Source of the DNA: an uncultured bacterium
GTDB lineage: Bacteria > CSSED10-310 > CAZUFC01
Assembly: GCA_964619725.1 (NCBI GenBank)
Contig: CAZUFC010000068.1
Span: 1 to 45,136, forward strand
Direction: 5' to 3'
DNA: 45,136 bases
Under the pieces are notes generated by a model. The model made no database searches and had not been told where the DNA came from. It saw only the letters and a list, made by a program, of their open reading frames with translations. Position numbers and translations under genes: made by a program. This document shows, piece after piece, positions 11,194 through 21,004 of this stretch (position 1 is the stretch's first letter; every line of letters starts with the position of its first letter).

Positions 11194-11465
11194 AAGTATT
11201 CCTGCTGCTGATTATGCGAATTATACGGTCGAGGGAATAAACTAACCCGGTCGATTCCCCATTCGGGTTTTCGGCAATACGGATGAACCTCAAACCGAAC
11301 CGATATTCTCCCCTCTCTTCATACGCGATACCCGAAATATTCGTTCTATTGTCTCTCTTTCCCTTTGCCGGTTATTTGCAATAAATTTCTGTTTTTAATA
11401 AAATGAAATGGCAACTGAAGGATGGAAATGCAGTCGACGAGTTATCTGTTTCAGGAATGAACGAC

Positions 11466-11660
11466 ATGAAAGAAAAAAAGGTGCCCTGCGAAATATATTC
11501 AAGAATCGTCGGTTATTTGCGGCCTTTAAAGAACTGGCATAAGGGAAAAACTCAGGAATTCGACGACCGGATGACCTTTAAGGTTAATAAAGATTATAAA
11601 TGTCTCTGCCAATCTCAAAAGAAATCCCTGCTTAGCGAAAATGTTGAAGCTGACCGATAA
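11466..11660 (+). CDS. Stand-alone NrdD-type C-terminal glycyl-radical domain protein (64 aa)
   Basis: CEIYSRIVGYLRPLKNWHKGKTQEFDDR matches the class III RNR C-terminus; AGGA 9 nt before ATG 11466 (ORF track starts at 11403). Confidence 0.85.
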   Translation: MKEKKVPCEIYSRIVGYLRPLKNWHKGKTQEFDDRMTFKVNKDYKCLCQSQKKSLLSENVEADR

Positions 11661-11768
11661 CACTCTATTTCCGTCTCCAAGGATTGCTGATCTAAAAGGA
11701 CGAGGCGGAATGACATTCGAGGCCGTCAATCGTCGACCGTCGATTTAATTTTTCAGTTTTTAATCATT

Positions 11769-13568
11769 GTGCTGCAAAAGAATCCGAACAAAGCCTATAA
11801 AAAGAAACGAAAAATCTCGCTGTCGTCGTCCGCAGTCCAGACGTCAATCCTGATGCTGCTCGTTCTGGCAGCCTCTTTTCCATTTTTAAAGGACAAACTG
11901 CCGAACGGACACGATGCCTTGGAATACCTTCCCCGCCTGGCAGAGTTCGACGTCAGTCTGAGAGCGGGCGAGTTGAAGCCGTCCTGGGCCCCGGATTTGA
12001 GTTTCGGGTACGGGCAGCCGTTTTTTTTATATAATCCGCCTTTGTTTTATTATGTTTCGGCGTTAATTCATCACCTGGGAGGATTCAGTTATACTTTATC
12101 GTTGAATCTGGCAGTGGTATTTTTATTATTCATAGGCGCTGAGGGCATAAGGCGAACTGCGAGAGAATGGTTCGGACCTCACGCAGCCCTGGTTTCCGCA
12201 GCGGCTTTTCTTTTCATGCCTTATCTGCAAGTCGAATTATACGTCAGACGGGCGCTGGCGGAATTTACCGCTATTACCTTAATGCCCTGGACAATATTTT
12301 TCTTTTACAAGTGGATATTTTCAAATCGTTCAAGATATCTAACGGGGTCCGTTATCTCCCTCTCCCTGTTTTTTTTATGTCATAACGCCTTATCATTCGT
12401 TTTTACTCCCGTTCTGGCATTGACGATAATTATTTTCTGCCTTTCGGCAAGAAGCTGGGGAAGCCTGTTTCGAGCAGGCGGCGCATTTGTTCTCGCCTTC
12501 GGCGCCGCAGGATGGTTCCTGTTTCCCGCCTACTTCGAAAAACACTGGATTAAAACTCATAAACTTATTGATGAAGATTATGCCAACCTTTTCCTCAATC
12601 ACTTCGTTTATCCCCGACAACTCTGGTTTTCCAAGTGGGGATACGGAGTTTCCGTCAAGGGCACAGGCGACGGTATGTCCTTCAATCTGGGAAGAATTCA
12701 GTCCATTTTTACTCTCCTGGGACTGGCCGCTCTGCCTTTCAAATCTTTCCGTCAATCTATAAACATACACGGTTTTATCGCCGCATTACTAATCGCAACG
12801 ATTGGAACAGTAATGAGCATCACCAGCGCTGAACCTCTCTATCGACTTGTTATACCTCTCCAATACCTGCAGTTTCCCTGGCGAACGCTTGCACTCCCCG
12901 TCGTCGGCCTCGCACTCTGCGCCGGAGCCTTCTGGGCTCTTTTCAGACGACTTAATCGAGTATTAAATATTCCCATAGTCAGTCTCGCCGTACTTGTTAT
13001 ACTTTTTCACGGTCTGCCTTATGTTAAATTTAAAAATTACAAGGAGATAGATGAAAGAAAGTATTATCCGAAAATGATCGCTGCCCGGAACCTGGCCGTT
13101 ACCACCAGAAGAGAATATGAACCTGTCTGGGTCAAAAAAACCCCGCCGTTTCCGCCCGCCGAAAAATTAAAAATATTCAGGGGAAAGGGGAAGCTCAAAA
13201 TTGAATATGAATCGGTTACGGAATATATTGCACGGCTGCAGAGTAAAGAACCGGTAAAACTGGATTTTTATGTGAACTACTTTCCGGGTTGGATATTGAA
13301 AACGAACGGTCGACTTCTTAAACCGGCAATCGTATCGCCCTATGGGTACATGCGTTTCAACATTCCGCCCGGCGAAAGCGCCCTGAATATCCGTTTCGCC
13401 GGCACGCCGGCACGCAGAACAGGCGACCTTGTTTCACTTTTTTCTGTTATCCTGTTGTTATACTGGACTTTTATTATCGTTTATCGCAATAAGATCATCA
13501 AAAAAGCCGGTTTAACGCGCCCAACAAGAGACGATGAGCTGAATATCCCGGATTTTGAGGAATATTAG
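11769..13568 (+). CDS. Polytopic GT-C-like membrane protein (PTPS-related/YfhO-like family)
   Basis: GHD, WAPDLSFGYGQPFFLYNPP, RALAE, LQFPWR, YFPGW motifs; many TM helices; start uncertain. Confidence 0.8.
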   Translation: MLQKNPNKAYKKKRKISLSSSAVQTSILMLLVLAASFPFLKDKLPNGHDALEYLPRLAEFDVSLRAGELKPSWAPDLSFGYGQPFFLYNPPLFYYVSALIHHLGGFSYTLSLNLAVVFLLFIGAEGIRRTAREWFGPHAALVSAAAFLFMPYLQVELYVRRALAEFTAITLMPWTIFFFYKWIFSNRSRYLTGSVISLSLFFLCHNALSFVFTPVLALTIIIFCLSARSWGSLFRAGGAFVLAFGAAGWFLFPAYFEKHWIKTHKLIDEDYANLFLNHFVYPRQLWFSKWGYGVSVKGTGDGMSFNLGRIQSIFTLLGLAALPFKSFRQSINIHGFIAALLIATIGTVMSITSAEPLYRLVIPLQYLQFPWRTLALPVVGLALCAGAFWALFRRLNRVLNIPIVSLAVLVILFHGLPYVKFKNYKEIDERKYYPKMIAARNLAVTTRREYEPVWVKKTPPFPPAEKLKIFRGKGKLKIEYESVTEYIARLQSKEPVKLDFYVNYFPGWILKTNGRLLKPAIVSPYGYMRFNIPPGESALNIRFAGTPARRTGDLVSLFSVILLLYWTFIIVYRNKIIKKAGLTRPTRDDELNIPDFEEY

Positions 13569-13673
13569 CTTCTTTCTGTCCATAAACGGCGAATTCCCGC
13601 AATGCAACGCCGGTCCGGCCATACAATTCAATTCGGGTTTTGAGTTTATGCAGAACGGCTGGTCTAATTTTAT

Positions 13674-13702
13674 TTGCCGGCGACAAAAAATGCTGTTAGT
13701 AT
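13674..13702 (+). promoter_or_regulatory. Putative extended -10 sigma70 promoter
   Basis: TTGCCG-17 nt-TAGTAT with TG upstream of the -10. Confidence 0.5.
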
Positions 13703-13746
13703 TGTTCGGATGGTCTGAAACGTTAACTTTTTCAAAGGAGCTGAAA

Positions 13747-14448
13747 TTGAAAACAAGATCGTTTATATTCGTAGCTCTCGTTGCATTGCTTTTTTCCCAG
13801 GCGGCATTCGCAGGAATGTACTGGGAAGCTGAAACCACCATGTCCGGCGGCGCTGTCGGCGAACCCAAAACAACCTTTCAAAAGAATTACATGAAAGACT
13901 ACAAGATGAGAACCGAAAGCGACGAATCGATCATGATCCTGGATATGGAATCGGGGAATATGCACCAGCTTAATCCGAAAGAAAAAACATACTTCACCAT
14001 GAACCTGAATGATATGATGGAACAGATGGGTCCCATGAAAGAGATGATGGAAAACATGATGAAGGACATGAAAGTCGAGGAGACGGACGAGACGGAAAAG
14101 ATTGCGGGATACAAATGCAAAAAGGTCAACATTAATATGATGGGCATGAACATCTCCTCCTGGGTCACGGACGAAGTGCCTGGATTTAAAAAATACTATG
14201 ACAACATGAAAAAATTGGCCGAAAAATATGCGGCTAATCCCATGATCAAGAATATGATGAGTCCGGCGATGGAAAAAGTCAAAGGCTTCACCATGAAAAC
14301 GGAAAGCAACGTCATGGGCATGAAAAATGTGATGACGGTCAAGAAGGTCGAAGAGAAGGATATCAGCGACGATAAATTCGAGATACCGAAAGATTATAAA
14401 AAAGTTGAAAGTCCCAGCATGCCTATGATGGGCGGTCCGACACAATAA
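13747..14448 (+). CDS. Secreted DUF4412-like protein, Met-rich
   Basis: TTG start after AAAGGAG; signal peptide ending AAFA; TDETEKIAGYKCKK and DDKFEIPKDYKKV motifs. Confidence 0.8.
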   Translation: MKTRSFIFVALVALLFSQAAFAGMYWEAETTMSGGAVGEPKTTFQKNYMKDYKMRTESDESIMILDMESGNMHQLNPKEKTYFTMNLNDMMEQMGPMKEMMENMMKDMKVEETDETEKIAGYKCKKVNINMMGMNISSWVTDEVPGFKKYYDNMKKLAEKYAANPMIKNMMSPAMEKVKGFTMKTESNVMGMKNVMTVKKVEEKDISDDKFEIPKDYKKVESPSMPMMGGPTQ

Positions 14449-14462
14449 ACGATCCCAATCCC

Positions 14463-14507
14463 CATTTCTCACGCTGTTTCTTCCATTAACGAACAGCGTG
14501 AGAAATG
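14463..14507. terminator. 16-bp perfect hairpin between convergent genes (terminator or REP-like)
   Basis: CATTTCTCACGCTGTT-13 nt-AACAGCGTGAGAAATG; no clear U-tract. Confidence 0.6.
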
Positions 14508-14719
14508 CGGGGAATGAGACTTGCTCTTTTCGTTAAGGGAGCATATACAGAGAAGAAACGCAGTCGAAGACAGACCAACAGCCTATCGGGGATTGTTTTT
14601 CTTCTTATGGAAACACAAATGAGTCTTGATTTTATATAATTTTTATCGCTTCATGCAAATTTCGTTCTGCATGGATTGTAACTTCGAGACACGGATGATT
14701 GATCAAGGCCGGCCCAATA

Positions 14720-15925
14720 TCAGAGGACAGGCGCCAGTTGAAAATTCAGTCCCCAGGTAAAAGCCAGGGCCTGTTTTCCTGATTCGTAGGCCATAGCGAA
14801 ATCCGCCTGCATTTCTTTTCCTCCGAAACCCAGGCCTGCGCTGTAAACTAATTCGGCGCTTGATTCAGCAATATTTTTATTGATGCCGCCCCTCAGGAAA
14901 AGGCGGTTATCCAGGAAATTTTTTTCAGCGCCGAAGGCCAGTCTTCTGTCTTTAAAGGGTGGAGTAGCGGTATTATTGGAGTTCAGGTCGGCATCGAGAG
15001 ATACGGTAAAGTTTCCCGTTCTGTGATAGGCGGCGCCCAGCCGGAGGTGCCGGTCAGTCTGGAAAGAATTGCCGCCTTGCATTTTGAAGCGCGGCCGGTT
15101 CATATTTTTCCCTGAGAAGGCCAGTTGCAGTTCATTCCATTTATAAATAAGACCGAGGTCATAACTTACTGCAGAATCAGTGCGTTTATTTTCGTGGAAG
15201 AATTCGGATGAGCTGTATTCTTCTTCCCAGATATCCCACCGGTCGTAGTAGGTACTGGCTCTGGTCAGTCTGATTCCGATTCCGCATTGCAGTTCATGAG
15301 TCCATTCACCGGGCAAAACGCTGTAACCTGCGGAAAACAGAAGGTTGTTGCTCCAGATTCCGGCGGCTTCGACGGCTGACTGGTTGTTTCCGATGGAACC
15401 GGGGTCTTCTTCCGGATCGGTGGCGTTGATGTTTTCCAGGTCAACGTCAGGGATAACGCCGCCATAAATAACGGCATCGTAAGTCAGGGAGAAATTACGC
15501 CACATAAAACCAGCAGCGCCGGTAAGTTCAAGAGTAAAACCGGCGCCGGGTTCATCGATTTTTTCCAGGAGTCGTATCGTTTTAAAAACCAGTTCCGGAT
15601 TCCCGTACACTTCGGGATCATCGATATCCTTATCTTCCAACAAGTCCCAGAGGTCTTTTAAATTCTGGTAAATTCTTTTGTGCTGCTCGCCTCTCAGGCC
15701 GATCACGGGAAAGAAACCGCCTCCGTTTCCCAAGGCCAGGGCGGCAGGATTCCACAAGGGAGCTTCCGAATATCTCGGGCAGGCGGTAATCGCTCCGCCC
15801 ATAGCCGTTCCCCTGGCCCCAAAGGGCATATAGGGTTCTGACCGGCATAATTCGTACGAGGGACAAAGAAGAATCACAAACAAAGCGATCGATGCTGCTT
15901 TAACTTTACAGGAAATATTTTTCAT
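14720..15925 (-). CDS. Outer-membrane beta-barrel of the TraF_2/PorV/FadL-like clan
   Basis: Signal-like N-terminus; FGARGTAMGGA...LWNPAAL; amphipathic strands YDLGLIY, LRLGAAY, FLRGG, YSAGLGF. Confidence 0.75.
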   Translation of the reverse strand: MKNISCKVKAASIALFVILLCPSYELCRSEPYMPFGARGTAMGGAITACPRYSEAPLWNPAALALGNGGGFFPVIGLRGEQHKRIYQNLKDLWDLLEDKDIDDPEVYGNPELVFKTIRLLEKIDEPGAGFTLELTGAAGFMWRNFSLTYDAVIYGGVIPDVDLENINATDPEEDPGSIGNNQSAVEAAGIWSNNLLFSAGYSVLPGEWTHELQCGIGIRLTRASTYYDRWDIWEEEYSSSEFFHENKRTDSAVSYDLGLIYKWNELQLAFSGKNMNRPRFKMQGGNSFQTDRHLRLGAAYHRTGNFTVSLDADLNSNNTATPPFKDRRLAFGAEKNFLDNRLFLRGGINKNIAESSAELVYSAGLGFGGKEMQADFAMAYESGKQALAFTWGLNFQLAPVL

Positions 15926-16107
15926 TTTTTCGCGTGCAGAGAAGTACAATTAATGTTACCGGGAAATTTGAATCCGTTCGGCAAAAAATCGCCTTACCGG
16001 CCGGTGAACGGTATGAATCGTCTGATTTTTTCTCATTTCAGCTAAAACGAAGAACAGGGCAGGCGATGGACAATCATCTCATCATGCCCCGTCAACGTTT
16101 TAGCGCC

Positions 16108-16881
16108 CTATGGTTCCTTTTTTGACTGCTGTGTGCGCTCTGCCATGTTTAAAAACGGTTTGAACAAATCTATGGGTATGGGGAACAGAGTTGTGGAATT
16201 ATTTTCTGCGGCGACTTCAGACAGGGTTTGCAGATAACGCATTTGGAGGGCGTAAGGACGTTCTCCGATAATTTCAGAAGCTGCAGCCAATTTTTCCGCT
16301 GCCTGGTATTCGCCTTCGGCATTAATGACTTTCGCCCGTCGATCACGTTCGGCTTCGGCCTGCCTGGCCATAGCCCTTTTCATTTCCTGCGGCAGGTCCA
16401 CATGTTTGATTTCCACGTTCGACACTTTAATTCCCCAGGGATCAGTATGCCGGTCTAATATTTCCTGAAGCTGATCGTTGATTTTGTCTCTTTCAGAAAG
16501 CAGTTCATCCAGTTCGACCTGTCCCAGCACGCTTCTCAGGGTAGTCTGCGACAACTGCGACGTTGCGAACATGTAGTTTTCAATTTCAACCACGGCTTTG
16601 TTCGGCGTCATAACCCGGAAATAAATGACCGCATTCACCTGCACCGAAACATTGTCCCGGGTAATGATATCCTGCGGAGGCACATCCATCGCCACTAACC
16701 TCAAGCTAATCCTCTCAAGCTTGTCTATAGGCGGAAACACGAAAATCAAACCAGGTCCCTTCTCATCTTCGAGCATTCTGCCCAATCGAAAAATGACTCC
16801 CCGTTCATACTCCTTCAATATCTTGATCGCACTCATTAAATAGAGTCCGATTATTATGAGGATGATAAACAAAGCATGCAT
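16108..16881 (-). CDS. SPFH/stomatin-like (slipin) protein
   Basis: [62 protein letters not shown]. Confidence 0.95.
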   Translation of the reverse strand: MHALFIILIIIGLYLMSAIKILKEYERGVIFRLGRMLEDEKGPGLIFVFPPIDKLERISLRLVAMDVPPQDIITRDNVSVQVNAVIYFRVMTPNKAVVEIENYMFATSQLSQTTLRSVLGQVELDELLSERDKINDQLQEILDRHTDPWGIKVSNVEIKHVDLPQEMKRAMARQAEAERDRRAKVINAEGEYQAAEKLAAASEIIGERPYALQMRYLQTLSEVAAENNSTTLFPIPIDLFKPFLNMAERTQQSKKEP

Positions 16882-16972
16882 CGTCCACTCCTTTCTTGAA
16901 AAAAGCGTTTTTTCTTTCTACTAAATACGACACTTATCCGAATCATTTTATCCTTTTATCCGGTATAAAACA

Positions 16973-18508
16973 TCACTTCCTGGGAGCCACATGAAGCGTC
17001 ATTTTATCGACTCCCAATATTTCCACGTTCACCCCTTTTTCGACATGTTCATCAGCCGTCGCATTCCATATTTCTCCATGAGCAAATACTTTTCCCTTCG
17101 GATTCAGATCGGTAATGGCTTCTCCCGTTTCTCCGATCAGCCCGGTATAGCCGGTTCTGGATTTACGGCTATGAGATTTGACGATCATCATAATCAGCAA
17201 AAACGCCACGATTCCTATACCGATAACCACGGGTAAAATCACCGTGTAGGATACTCTCATAAACGGCAAGGGAGAATCGAACAGCATTACGGAACCCAAA
17301 AACAGGGAAACGATTCCGGCGATAGTCAATAAACCGAAACTTTGCACTTTCACCTCCAGGACAAATAATACAAAAGCGAGAAACATTAATAACAATCCCG
17401 AATAATTCACAGGCAGCAATTGAATTCCATAGGCCGCCACAATTACGCTGATGGCCCCGATGACTCCCGGCAATATTAATCCGGGATTGAAAATCTCTAT
17501 CATTATGGCCATTGATCCAAGGGACAGCAGAACATAGACGATGGAAGGGTCGGATATAATCGCCAGGAATCTCTGTCTCCAGGTCAGATCAACAGGAACC
17601 GTCTCCGCGTTCGCCGTATGCAGAACCTTTTCTCCCGCATCCGTAACCACGCTCATTCCATCGATTTTTTTCAATAAATCTTCCGTGTTGTCCGCCATCA
17701 AATCCACTACATTCAATTCCACAGCCGTTTCCGCCGTTATCGAAACGCTCTCCCGTATCGCAGATTCAGCCCAATCCGCATTCCTTCCCCGCAATTCCGC
17801 TATCGCCCGCATCTTGGCCACGGTATCGTTGAGAACCTTCTGCGACATGATCGAACCCGCCGCTTTTTCTTCCTGCTCCTTTTCGCTTCCCGGCTGCTCA
17901 GGCAAGGGCGTCGCACTCTCAGCTTCTTCTACTTCTTCTACTCCTTCTCCTTCATACTTCTGCCCTTCCTCCGGCGTCTCCTTCAGTTCACTCTCTTTTT
18001 CGGCTTCCTCTTTCGCTTTCTGAGATTCCTCCAGTATTTCTTTCAGCCTCTCCGTCAATTCCTTCTGTTCCTCTTCATCAACGCCTTTTCCGTCAAGAGT
18101 GACCGGATGAGCAGCGCCGATATTCGTAGCAGGACTCATAGCCGCAATATGCCCGGCAATGGTTATGAATGTTCCTGCAGATGTCGCTCCGGCTCCCCGT
18201 GGCGCCACATATATCACTACCGGCACTGCAGAATTCATAATATCGCTTATAATGTCATACGTCGGTTTCAAACCTCCGCCCGGAGTATTCAATTTGACGA
18301 GAACACATTCAGCGTTTCGTCTTTCAGCGGTTTCCAGCGCGGCTTCGATGTATTCTCCCGTCACCGGTATTATCGGACCGTCGATGACGGCTTCTATCAC
18401 TATTCCCCCTCTTCTTTCGCTGCCATTTTTCATATTTTCGGCCGCAGAAACGGTAAATATCAGAATTAAAACGGTGAGGAAAAAGATTGTTTTTCTTCCT
18501 GAATTCAT
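16973..18508 (-). CDS. nfeD: Long-form NfeD membrane serine protease with acidic insertion
   Basis: LNTPGG, ATSAG, TNIGAAHPV, KVLND, RGRNADWA, TM block, C-terminal OB domain GKVFAHGEIWNA; adjacent to stomatin. Confidence 0.92.
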   Translation of the reverse strand: MNSGRKTIFFLTVLILIFTVSAAENMKNGSERRGGIVIEAVIDGPIIPVTGEYIEAALETAERRNAECVLVKLNTPGGGLKPTYDIISDIMNSAVPVVIYVAPRGAGATSAGTFITIAGHIAAMSPATNIGAAHPVTLDGKGVDEEEQKELTERLKEILEESQKAKEEAEKESELKETPEEGQKYEGEGVEEVEEAESATPLPEQPGSEKEQEEKAAGSIMSQKVLNDTVAKMRAIAELRGRNADWAESAIRESVSITAETAVELNVVDLMADNTEDLLKKIDGMSVVTDAGEKVLHTANAETVPVDLTWRQRFLAIISDPSIVYVLLSLGSMAIMIEIFNPGLILPGVIGAISVIVAAYGIQLLPVNYSGLLLMFLAFVLFVLEVKVQSFGLLTIAGIVSLFLGSVMLFDSPLPFMRVSYTVILPVVIGIGIVAFLLIMMIVKSHSRKSRTGYTGLIGETGEAITDLNPKGKVFAHGEIWNATADEHVEKGVNVEILGVDKMTLHVAPRK

Positions 18509-19095
18509 TACTGTTGCCTCCTTATGCGAGGTTCTTTTCCTGATCTTAATCTTCTAATATTTTCCTTGTGTTTCACAGCGACCAGCAAGGCTGTGAAAAA
18601 AGCTGCAGAAATGATCGCCCAATGTTCATTAAAGGCTATGGCGGCAAGAAAAAGCGTTGCTGCAGCGACGAGCGAAGCCAGGCTGACGTACCAGGAAGAA
18701 AGAAGCATGCCGAGCCAGGCTATGAATGCCGGCGCCAAAGCCTGAGGGCTTAGGATCATGAAAGCGCCGGCAGAGGTCGCTACTCCTTTTCCGCCCTGGA
18801 AATTCAAAAAAACAGGAAACATATGACCTATCACAGACGCGACGGCGACGGACGCAAGCACAGTCGGAGAATCAAGGAAAAACGAGGCTATACCGACGGG
18901 AGCCGAGCCTTTGAGCATATCCGCGAGCAGGACGAGGATCGCTCTTTTGCCGCCGGATGTCCGATAAACGTTCGTCGCTCCAATATTTCCGCTGCCGACC
19001 CTTCTGATGTCTACTCCTTTTCGTTTAAGCGCCAGATACCCCACAGGTACGGAACCCATTAAATATCCTATAACAATGAAAAGCAATCCTATCAT
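18508..19095 (-). CDS. plsY: Glycerol-3-phosphate acyltransferase PlsY
   Basis: GYLMGS, DIRRVGSGNIGATNVYR, DMLKG, GHMFP, GGKGVAT, KHKENIRRL. Confidence 0.96.
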   Translation of the reverse strand: MIGLLFIVIGYLMGSVPVGYLALKRKGVDIRRVGSGNIGATNVYRTSGGKRAILVLLADMLKGSAPVGIASFFLDSPTVLASVAVASVIGHMFPVFLNFQGGKGVATSAGAFMILSPQALAPAFIAWLGMLLSSWYVSLASLVAAATLFLAAIAFNEHWAIISAAFFTALLVAVKHKENIRRLRSGKEPRIRRQQ

Positions 19096-19096
19096 T

Positions 19097-20701
19097 TTAT
19101 TCGTTCAATGCCATGATGGATTCAATAAATTTCGCTCCGGATTCGACCGGCTTCAGCTCAACCGTTATATTATCGGTTTCCTCCAAACAAACCGTCAACG
19201 GAGTTATGGGATGCTCCCAACTCAACATGCTTAAATACATCCTGCCGTCTTCCGGCTCCAGGCGCTTATTCAACAGAAAATCCTGAAATTTTTCCAGCGG
19301 CTTCTCCTTTTCCTCTTCATCGCTGTTCTCAGAAAATGTATCGCTTTCCTCCCGTTCATCTTCCGCTTCCTCCTGCAATTCGCTTTCAGATTTTGAAGCT
19401 TCATTCTCTTCAGTCGCTTTCTGCGCCTGTTCCCAGCTTTCCAGGTATTCTTTCCAGGCCGGGTCCCGAAAACGTATAAATTGCTGCAAAAGAAGCTCTT
19501 TTTCCTTTTCCGAAAAAACCCATAAAGGACAGGGGAAGTCATCCATCCCGAATACATACTGCAGCGCCAGCTCGATAAATTGAGGCCGGGCGCTTTTCAC
19601 GGGGCAATTTTCGCCCAGTTCAGGACATTGATGGTGAATAGCCGGACCTGTGTACTGAAATAAGACCGCTGGTTTGCTTTTTAATCCTGCAAGCCATATT
19701 AAATATTTGGCGGCTGGCTCGAAGTCTCCTGCGGCCAAAGCCTCATACGCTGAATCGCATAAAAGGTCGCTGTATCCCGCCGACAGATTCAATTCTTCAA
19801 AAGCTTTACGCGCCGAGGTATACTTCAATGACTTCAACGCCGTTATACCCGTTCGCTCAATAATTTCTTTTCGCAAAACGCTCAAATCCCTGCCTTTAAT
19901 AGACTCATAGATTCTTTCATACTCGTCCGTTCCCCGTATGCGCTGATCAACCAGCGAATTCCAGTAATCGACTATTTGAAATCGCTCGGTATCGTATATT
20001 CTGGTCACTGCAGCCACATCGCCCATCGTCGCTGATTGTGCCGTCAGAATATAACGCAGCTCATTCGTATCCTCTATCTTGTCCGACGGCTCCTGACCAT
20101 CCCCTGCCAACTCCGGTTGCGCCGAACCCTCACTCAGCATGCGCATCCTCTTACGCCAGCCCTCAATCTGAGCATCTTCTTCTCCTTCTCCGTCATCGCC
20201 CCCGATATGATCGACAATACGCCTTATCCGTTCCCCTATGACGTAATTTCGCGCCGCACCTGCCAGATTCGATCCCGCAAAAACTTCTTCAGCCTCCCGC
20301 GCCTTCCGGTGCAGCATTAAAAACAACGCTTCTTCCAATCGACTGCGGATTTCTTCCGCCGATATCCTCAACTGCGTTAAATGCTCCTCTTCCTGCGTCT
20401 CTTTTTTCTTCTTTGAAGCTTTTTTCTCCGCCTTGCTTACCTGGTCGTCCAGACGCGATAAATCCGCTCGCCGCCTGTCATAACTCTGGCGTCTGCTTTC
20501 ATCCTGGAGGATACTCAGAGCCGCAGAACGACGAAGCCACTCACCCAACTTTTTCTTAAATCCCGCATCCTCCGGATCATCATTTTGTTTCTTCAATAAT
20601 GCAGGTGAAGACTCCTCTTCGAGTTGACTCACCTGATTTTTTATTTCTTTCACCGGCAATTGAGAACTGATGCCGGCTATCTCGTAATAATCGGAATTCA
20701 T
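19097..20701 (-). CDS. Hypothetical helical protein with degenerate N-terminal J-domain-like region
   Basis: 534-aa ORF ending 1 nt before plsY; DYYEIAGIS...EIK...ILQDESRRQSYD; no HPD. Confidence 0.75.
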   Translation of the reverse strand: MNSDYYEIAGISSQLPVKEIKNQVSQLEEESSPALLKKQNDDPEDAGFKKKLGEWLRRSAALSILQDESRRQSYDRRRADLSRLDDQVSKAEKKASKKKKETQEEEHLTQLRISAEEIRSRLEEALFLMLHRKAREAEEVFAGSNLAGAARNYVIGERIRRIVDHIGGDDGEGEEDAQIEGWRKRMRMLSEGSAQPELAGDGQEPSDKIEDTNELRYILTAQSATMGDVAAVTRIYDTERFQIVDYWNSLVDQRIRGTDEYERIYESIKGRDLSVLRKEIIERTGITALKSLKYTSARKAFEELNLSAGYSDLLCDSAYEALAAGDFEPAAKYLIWLAGLKSKPAVLFQYTGPAIHHQCPELGENCPVKSARPQFIELALQYVFGMDDFPCPLWVFSEKEKELLLQQFIRFRDPAWKEYLESWEQAQKATEENEASKSESELQEEAEDEREESDTFSENSDEEEKEKPLEKFQDFLLNKRLEPEDGRMYLSMLSWEHPITPLTVCLEETDNITVELKPVESGAKFIESIMALNE

Positions 20702-20933
20702 GCTAAAACATCCATTATGATTAAGTCATAAAAATTTACGATTAATAACATCCCGTCTCATCTGTCGTCGATAAACCCATCGACCTGTAAAGTATACTCC
20801 AATTCATAAAAAAGAAAAACCTGATTGAAGAATCAAAAAAAAAACAGTCAACCGGCGCCTTTCCGCAATCTCCATTCACGATTAAAACATTAATGCCGGA
20901 CAGGCGCGGTGTCTTCTGAGACATTAAGAAACT

Positions 20934-20973
20934 AAAAACGCCCAGGCAAGACTTTTAATCTTGCCTGGGCGTT
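20934..20973 (-). terminator. Rho-independent terminator after the lipoprotein gene
   Basis: 15-bp stem AACGCCCAGGCAAGA/TCTTGCCTGGGCGTT, 7-nt loop, U-run on the minus strand. Confidence 0.85.
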
Positions 20974-21004
20974 CATTCAAGAGGCTGTTGCCGGTGATCC
21001 TCTT

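Noticed and set aside
14720-15925. TraF-like gene as evidence of a conjugative element
   Set aside because: No relaxase, T4SS, integrase or att sites; the context is chromosomal.
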